DNA from: Acholeplasmataceae bacterium
GTDB lineage: Bacteria > Bacillota_I > Bacilli_A > ML615J-28 > CAG-698
Length of the DNA: 64,000 bases
Direction: 5' to 3'
NCBI GenBank assembly: GCA_012839485.1
Contig: DUNF01000054.1
Location: 50-64,049 of the forward strand
The translations under genes were made by a program, and so were the position numbers. This document shows, one piece after another, positions 58,453 through 64,000 of the stretch (the first letter of the stretch is position 1; each line of letters begins with the position of its first letter). Under the pieces are notes generated by a model that was not told where the DNA came from, did not search any database, and worked only from the letters and a program-made list of their open reading frames with translations.

Positions 58453-61062
58453 ATGTCTAAAAAAAAGAAGCCTAATAAGGATTCAAAAAAAAGAACTAAA
58501 CAAATAGATTTAGACAATCAAATATTACTATCTGAAAGCAAAAAATATGAGAAACAATTAAAAAAAGAAGCAAAGGCAGAAGCAAAAGCTTTAGCTAAAG
58601 TTAAAAGGCTAAGAAAGAAAAAAGGTTATATTGTCAATGAAGAAGATATAGTCCGTTTTGATGTTGATTTAAAATTTGGATTGACTGATGAACAAGTAGC
58701 CCAAAGAGAAAAAGAAGGACTAGCCAATAAACCAGATGCTCAAGCTGGTAAATCTATAGCTATGATTTTTGTAACAAATATTTTTACTTTTTTTAATATG
58801 TTGTTCTTTGGAATTGCTATAGTTTTAATTGTAATTGAGGAATATACTAATTTGTTATTTTTAGGAACTGTTTTATCTAATATGATTATTGGAATTATTC
58901 AAGAAATAAGAGCTAAAAAACAAATTGATCAATTATCTTTAATGTTTGCTCCTAGTGCAGCAGTTATCAGAAATGGTGAACAAGAAGATATCCCTATTGA
59001 CGAGGTAGTCTTAGATGATGTTTTAACTTTTAAATCCGGCAAACAAATTGGTTGTGACTGTATTTTAAAAGAGGGAAGTTTAGAAGTTAATGAATCTTTA
59101 ATTACCGGGGAATCAATTGCTATTCATAAGAAAATAGGAGATACTTTATATTCTGGTAGTTATGTTGTTGGTGGGGTAGGAGTAGCAATAGCTGATAAAG
59201 TTGGATCTACGAGTTATGTAGAGAAACTGGCAACTGGTGCTAAAAAGCACAAATATGCAAAATCAGATATCTTAAATTCTTTAAACTGGATTTTAAAAAT
59301 AGTATCAATTATTATTATTCCACTAGCTGTAGCTACATATTTAAATAGTTATAACAATCTTCCAGAAATTAATCCTAATACTGGTGGAGCTTGGGAAGCA
59401 TTTGAAAAATTTGCTGAGGCCTTTAAGAGTACATCTGGTTCAGTAATTTCAATGATACCTGCAGGGTTATTCTTATTAACAACAGTAGCTTTAACTGTCA
59501 GTGTTATTAGACTTGCAAAGAAGAAAGTTCTAGTACAAGAAATATATTGTATTGAAATGCTAGCAAGAATAGATATCTTATGTTTAGATAAAACAGGTAC
59601 TATTACTGATGGAACAATGAAAGTTGTTGATAGTGTTCAATTAGAAACAAAAGGTGATTATACAATTAGGGAAATTATTGGTTCAATGATGAATGCTTTT
59701 CCTGAAAGCAATGCTACTAGTAATGCTTTAGCTGAACACTATGGTAAAAACTCAATTTTAAAAGCAGATGGCATTATTCCATTTTCTTCACAAAGAAAAT
59801 ATAGTGCAGTTAGTTTTGGAAAACTAGGATATTATATAATTGGTGCACCAGAGATTGTTTTAAATGAAACTAATTACGCAAAGATTCAAAGAAGAGTTGA
59901 AAGATTTGCAGCACAAGGTTGTCGTGTGATTGTTTTAGCTCACACAAAAAGTCCAATTAATCCAACATCTAGACCAAAATCTACAACAGCACTAGCCGTT
60001 ATTGCTATTCAAGATCATATTAGAGATGATGCTGAACAAGTAATAGCTTATTTTAAAAATAATGAAGTTGATATAAAAGTAATTAGTGGCGATAATCCGA
60101 TTACTGTTGCTGAGATTGCTAGAAGAGCAGGTGTTAGTGACGCTTCTCGTTATATTAGTTTAGATGGTTTGTCTGATGAAGAAGTTATGGCAGCTGCAAC
60201 GGAATATAATGTTTTTGGTCGTGTTTCACCTTATCAAAAGAAACTATTAGTTCAAACATTTAAGATGAATAAAAAGACTGTTGCAATGACAGGTGATGGT
60301 GTTAATGATATTTTAGCATTAAAAGAAGCTGATTGTAGTATAGCAATGGCTAGTGGTAGTGATGCTACTAAACACGTATCACATATTGTTTTACTTGAAT
60401 CTAACTTTTCAGCTATGCCTGAGGTTGTAGCCGAAGGTAGAAGAGTTACAAACAATATTCAACGCACAGCAGTATTGTTTCTAACAAAAACACTATTTTC
60501 TATTTTACTAACAGTGTTTTATTTAGCAGTTAGAAGGGCGTATCCATTTAGTCCAAATCAACTTATGCCATTTGAATGGCCAGTAATTGGTTTTGCAGCT
60601 ACGTTACTCACTCTGCAACCTAATACCGAAAAGATTAAAGGAAAATTTATTAGTAATGTTTTGAGAAATGTTTTGCCTGGAGCTTTAACTGTTTTAATGG
60701 CTCATGCGATTATTTATTTCTTAACAAAAATTGATGGTTTTGCAATTCTATCAACTAATGATGGCTATTCAACAGTCACTTTATATGTAACTACGATCAT
60801 TATGTTTTATGTACTATATTTTGTATCAAGACCACTTAATTTGTATAGGTTTTTAGTTTTTATTGTTTCGGCTGCAGGAGCAGTATTATCGATATTGTTC
60901 TTAAATGAACCATTAGTATTAAGATATGTGAAGTTAGACTTAGTTGGTTATTTATTAGTTTTAGTTTTTGGATTTGGTATTTATTTAGTTTTAGATTTTA
61001 TTTATTGGATATTAAGGAAAATGAAAATTATACCAAAACAAGAAAAAGCGGAACATAAATAA
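58453..61062 (+). CDS. Cation-transporting P-type ATPase (type II, Ca2+/Mg2+-like) with a Lys-rich ~60-aa N-terminal tail
   Basis: TGES, CLDKTGTITDG and GDGVNDILALKEAD motifs, with 8-10 TM helices. Confidence 0.9.
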   Translation: MSKKKKPNKDSKKRTKQIDLDNQILLSESKKYEKQLKKEAKAEAKALAKVKRLRKKKGYIVNEEDIVRFDVDLKFGLTDEQVAQREKEGLANKPDAQAGKSIAMIFVTNIFTFFNMLFFGIAIVLIVIEEYTNLLFLGTVLSNMIIGIIQEIRAKKQIDQLSLMFAPSAAVIRNGEQEDIPIDEVVLDDVLTFKSGKQIGCDCILKEGSLEVNESLITGESIAIHKKIGDTLYSGSYVVGGVGVAIADKVGSTSYVEKLATGAKKHKYAKSDILNSLNWILKIVSIIIIPLAVATYLNSYNNLPEINPNTGGAWEAFEKFAEAFKSTSGSVISMIPAGLFLLTTVALTVSVIRLAKKKVLVQEIYCIEMLARIDILCLDKTGTITDGTMKVVDSVQLETKGDYTIREIIGSMMNAFPESNATSNALAEHYGKNSILKADGIIPFSSQRKYSAVSFGKLGYYIIGAPEIVLNETNYAKIQRRVERFAAQGCRVIVLAHTKSPINPTSRPKSTTALAVIAIQDHIRDDAEQVIAYFKNNEVDIKVISGDNPITVAEIARRAGVSDASRYISLDGLSDEEVMAAATEYNVFGRVSPYQKKLLVQTFKMNKKTVAMTGDGVNDILALKEADCSIAMASGSDATKHVSHIVLLESNFSAMPEVVAEGRRVTNNIQRTAVLFLTKTLFSILLTVFYLAVRRAYPFSPNQLMPFEWPVIGFAATLLTLQPNTEKIKGKFISNVLRNVLPGALTVLMAHAIIYFLTKIDGFAILSTNDGYSTVTLYVTTIIMFYVLYFVSRPLNLYRFLVFIVSAAGAVLSILFLNEPLVLRYVKLDLVGYLLVLVFGFGIYLVLDFIYWILRKMKIIPKQEKAEHK

Positions 61063-61091
61063 AAATTCAAATAATTTGATAATATATAATT

Positions 61092-61124
61092 AGAGTTAAC
61101 TTAAAATAGTTAACTCTTTATTTT
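61092..61124 (+). terminator. Intrinsic terminator after the P-type ATPase gene
   Basis: AGAGTTAAC-TTAAAAT-AGTTAACTCT followed by TTATTTT. Confidence 0.75.
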
Positions 61125-61156
61125 AGGTAAAAACTGTTTATTTTTTGATGAAATAA

Positions 61157-61185
61157 TTGACAAAAAAGGCTTAATAGTATATAAT
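61157..61185 (+). promoter_or_regulatory. Sigma-A promoter of rpsF-ssb-rpsR (TTGACA-17-TATAAT)
   Basis: Perfect consensus hexamers; ~65-nt leader before the rpsF RBS. Confidence 0.8.
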
Positions 61186-61254
61186 ACCTTAGAATGAAAA
61201 TTCGTCCTTGCTTTTATTTAAATAAAAGCCAAAAGACCAGAAGGAGGTGGAAGA

Positions 61255-61536
61255 ATGAGAGAATACACTGGTATGTACATCATTCATCCTGAACGCACTG
61301 AAGAAGAATTCAAAACGATTGTTAGCGAGATTGCTAAAATCTTTGAAGAACATGGAAGTCGTGTTTTGGAAATTGATGAATGGGGTATGAAGGATTTAGC
61401 TTATGAAATTAATGATCTTAAAAAAGGTTATTATGTAAAGTTCAGAGTAGAAGCTACTCCAGAAGCGGTTAGTGAATATAACCGTATTTGTAATATCAGA
61501 GAAGATATTATTAGACACATTTTAGTGAGGGATTAA
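61255..61536 (+). CDS. rpsF: 30S ribosomal protein S6
   Basis: Conserved S6 sequence; RBS GGAGGTGG. Confidence 0.95.
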   Translation: MREYTGMYIIHPERTEEEFKTIVSEIAKIFEEHGSRVLEIDEWGMKDLAYEINDLKKGYYVKFRVEATPEAVSEYNRICNIREDIIRHILVRD

Positions 61537-61538
61537 TT

Positions 61539-62000
61539 ATGAATAAAGTTGTATTAACAGGAAGACTTACAAAAGATCCAGAACTTAAAAAAACAAATAG
61601 CGGAATCAGTTATTGTTTTTTCACAATCGCTGTTAACCGCAGTTATGTAAGCCGTCAAGGCAATCGTGAAGCTGATTTTATCAACTGTGTTGCATGGCGC
61701 GTACAGGCAGAGAACCTAGCTCGTTATATGCGTAAAGGTAGTCTAATTGGAGTAGACGGAGAGGTTAGAACAAGAAGTTATCAAGACCAAGATAATAAAA
61801 TGGTTTATATTACAGAAATACTAGCAAATTCAATTGAATTTTTAGAATCAAAATCTGCTGGTAGTTCGCAAGGATATCAATCATTTAGTCAAGATTCACC
61901 TTTTGAGTTTAACCAAGAACCAGAACCTCGCAAGCAAGAAGACCCTTTTAAGGAAATGCAAGCTGGCTTAGGTATTACTGACGATGATATACCATTTTAA
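61539..62000 (+). CDS. ssb: Single-stranded DNA-binding protein
   Basis: OB fold; acidic C-terminal tail ending DDDIPF. Confidence 0.95.
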   Translation: MNKVVLTGRLTKDPELKKTNSGISYCFFTIAVNRSYVSRQGNREADFINCVAWRVQAENLARYMRKGSLIGVDGEVRTRSYQDQDNKMVYITEILANSIEFLESKSAGSSQGYQSFSQDSPFEFNQEPEPRKQEDPFKEMQAGLGITDDDIPF

Positions 62001-62013
62001 GGAGGTTAAGTAA

Positions 62014-62235
62014 ATGGCATTTAGACCAAGAAGAAGAAAAAGTTGCTACTTTACAGATAATAAAATTGAAAAGATTGATTGGACTGATTACGAATTATTA
62101 AGAAGATTCGTTACTGATCGTGGTAAAATTAAACCAAGAAGATCAACAGGTACAAAAGCTATCTATCAAAGACAATTAGCTGTTGCAATAAAAAGAGCAC
62201 GTCATATGGCATTGTTACCATTTGTGAAAGAGTAG
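62014..62235 (+). CDS. rpsR: 30S ribosomal protein S18
   Basis: Conserved S18 sequence. Confidence 0.95.
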   Translation: MAFRPRRRKSCYFTDNKIEKIDWTDYELLRRFVTDRGKIKPRRSTGTKAIYQRQLAVAIKRARHMALLPFVKE

Positions 62236-62255
62236 TTTATGCTACTCTTTTTTCT
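62227..62255 (+). terminator. Intrinsic terminator after rpsR
   Basis: AAAGAGTAG-TTTATG-CTACTCTTTTTT. Confidence 0.8.
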
Positions 62256-62326
62256 TTGTTTTTATGATAAAGAGTTTATTTTTTCCTATAAATATGGTAT
62301 ACTAAAATAGTTAAGATGGTGATTTT

Positions 62327-64000
62327 ATGAGGAATACATTAGTTTATAGAATAATATCATTAGTGCTTTTCTTAGCTTCTTGTTTCGTTTTAGTTTTCAC
62401 AGCTATTTTTGGGGAAATAAACGAATGGTTAACTTATGCTGCTTTGGTGATAGTAGCAGCATCATTTACGACAGTTTTTGTTTTGAATGTTGGGAATAAG
62501 AAGTTTAGGAAAATGCAATGGTTAGAACAAAGGTATGAGTTATGGAACTCAATTTCTTACCGTGTTAAAAAAGGTGGAGAAACTGCCTTTAATAAACTAC
62601 CTATTGCTATTATTGTTTATGATAAAAATAAAACAATTCAGTGGGCCAATGCTTATGCTAAGGAAATTTTCTTAAGCCCTTTAGTTGACGTTAGAATTGA
62701 AAACATTAGTGCTGATTTATATTATAATTTATCAAATGAAGATAAGTTTGAAATATCACTTTATGGTTCAATTTTTGAATGTGAAGTGTTGATGGAAGAA
62801 AATATTGTTTATTTAACTGACGTAACTGAATTTCATAATTTAACACAAAAATATGCAGACCATACATTAGCTGCTGGTATTATCAACTTAGATAATTTAA
62901 ATGAAGCTTTATCTGGTTTTGATGCTCAAGAGAGATCTTCGCAAATGAGTAATATTATTGGAATCTTAAGCGATTGGTGTAGTAAGTTTGATATCTACTT
63001 AAAAGGATATACAGACAATCAATATTTAATTTTATTAAATGAGAAGCAATTAGCAGAAGTTGTGAAAGATGAATTTAAGGTAATTGATGATGTTAAGTCA
63101 TATTGTTTAAAAGAAGATATTAGATCAAGTGCATCAATTGGAATTGCTGTTGCTGATAATGCCGATTTAGGCTATGTTGAGTTATTTGCGTTAGCTGAAA
63201 CTCAATTAAACTTAGCTTTAAATCGTGGTGGAAACCAATGCGTTTTAAATAAATATGGAGAGACTTCTTACTTTGGTGGAAAGACTGCTTCATTTGAAAG
63301 TAGATCTCCTGTTTATGTAAGAACTAAAGCTGAGGAGTTAGTTTCATTAATTAATAAAGCTCAAAAAATTTATGTTATGACACACATAGATGCTGATGCT
63401 GATGCTTTTGGAGCGGCAATTGCTGTTCAAAAAATAGCTGCTGCTTATAATAAAGAAGCTAAGATTGTTTTTGATTTAGATAGAGTAGATCAAACTATTC
63501 AATATTTGTATTCTATTATTCAAAGAGAACATACGGCGACTTTAGATTATTTAATAGGAACTAAAAAGGCAATTAGAGAAATAAAAAGCAACGATTTATT
63601 AATAATCGTTGACGTTCAAAATCAAAAGATTTTAATGGAACCAAAACTTTATAAAAAAGCTAAACATGTAGCTGTTATCGACCATCATCGTCCTGGTAAG
63701 TTTTTGGTAGATAAATATGATTATATCTATCAAACTTCATCTGCGTCTTCAAGTGTAGAGCTGCTTGTAGAGATGTATGAGTTTTTAGATAAAGATCCTA
63801 TTGTAAGTAGTGCTGAAGCTACATGGATGATTATGGGAATTTTAGTAGATACAAATGATTTAATGTATCGTGCAAGTTACAGAACATTTAATGTTTTATC
63901 TAGATTACAAACTTATGGTGGAGAATTACAGTTAGCGAAAAAGTATTTACGTGAAGATTATGATAAATATGAAAAGAGAATTGATGTTTTATCTAATCTT
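62327..64000 (+). CDS. gdpP: GdpP/YybT-type c-di-AMP phosphodiesterase (2 TM, degenerate PAS/GGDEF, DHH-DHHA1), 3' end outside the window
   Basis: ATG at 62327 with open frame to the window end. N-terminal TM helices and DHH motifs (…HIDADADAFGAAIA…, DHHRP). Conserved position after rpsF-ssb-rpsR. Not in the supplied ORF track because no stop codon falls within the window. Confidence 0.75.
   Translation, partial: MRNTLVYRIISLVLFLASCFVLVFTAIFGEINEWLTYAALVIVAASFTTVFVLNVGNKKFRKMQWLEQRYELWNSISYRVKKGGETAFNKLPIAIIVYDKNKTIQWANAYAKEIFLSPLVDVRIENISADLYYNLSNEDKFEISLYGSIFECEVLMEENIVYLTDVTEFHNLTQKYADHTLAAGIINLDNLNEALSGFDAQERSSQMSNIIGILSDWCSKFDIYLKGYTDNQYLILLNEKQLAEVVKDEFKVIDDVKSYCLKEDIRSSASIGIAVADNADLGYVELFALAETQLNLALNRGGNQCVLNKYGETSYFGGKTASFESRSPVYVRTKAEELVSLINKAQKIYVMTHIDADADAFGAAIAVQKIAAAYNKEAKIVFDLDRVDQTIQYLYSIIQREHTATLDYLIGTKKAIREIKSNDLLIIVDVQNQKILMEPKLYKKAKHVAVIDHHRPGKFLVDKYDYIYQTSSASSSVELLVEMYEFLDKDPIVSSAEATWMIMGILVDTNDLMYRASYRTFNVLSRLQTYGGELQLAKKYLREDYDKYEKRIDVLSNL

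Noticed and set aside
1-64000. Alternative genetic code (UGA=Trp, table 4), as the Mollicute-like Opp proteins might suggest
   Set aside because: TGA terminates several conserved genes at the expected length, for example ppnK at 44854-44856. Conserved proteins are full-length under table 11. No internal in-frame TGA interrupts any conserved gene.
1-64000. CRISPR arrays, insertion sequences, integrases, prophage or restriction-modification/defence islands
   Set aside because: No direct-repeat/spacer arrays, no transposase-like or integrase-like ORFs and no terminal inverted repeats were seen. Every intergenic region is under 280 nt and is accounted for by promoters, terminators and leaders.

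Overview
This is a low-GC (roughly 30%) bacterial chromosomal segment with dense, mostly plus-strand core genes. TGA is used as a stop codon and long ORFs are uninterrupted, so the standard code (table 11) applies, not the Mycoplasma code. Gene content and order closely follow Bacillus-type Firmicute synteny: rsmG-parA, pgk-tpiA, rpsD, nifS-thiI, rimP-nusA-ylxR-ylxQ-infB-rbfA, uvrC, def-rnj, rpsP-ylqC-rimM-trmD-rplS, ccpA, tyrS, trpS, oppABCDF, spx-yjbK-yjbM(SAS)-ppnK, T-box-pheST, ispH, efp-coaX, tkt, pepV, trmB, M42 peptidase, P-type ATPase, and rpsF-ssb-rpsR-gdpP. The Opp proteins have Mollicute-style extensions, with a giant OppA lipoprotein and OppD/OppF carrying extra N-terminal domains. 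This suggests an Acholeplasma-like or Erysipelotrichia-like organism, though that is inference. I found no rRNA, tRNA, CRISPR array, IS element or prophage, and I could not identify an obvious defence island or novel system; the points below are simply the most unusual features. (1) Two places where a conserved gene reads in-frame, with no stop codon, into the next conserved gene, which has its own Shine-Dalgarno: DedA-like to pgk, and trmB to M42 peptidase. (2) A three-part protein (zinc ribbon, multi-TM segment, BspA-type leucine-rich repeat) with a small membrane partner between the opp and spx loci. (3) Opp ATPases fused to a zinc-ribbon domain (OppD) and to an integral membrane domain (OppF). 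(4) A membrane-anchored PTS-EIIB-like protein whose catalytic Cys is replaced by Glu. (5) A KapD-like 3'-5' exonuclease with an extra N-terminal domain, translationally coupled to uvrC. (6) A parA with no parB. (7) A T-box on pheST but none on tyrS or trpS. Several sigma-A promoters, intrinsic terminators and leader elements (rpsD, nusA-operon, rpsF) are readable directly from the sequence.
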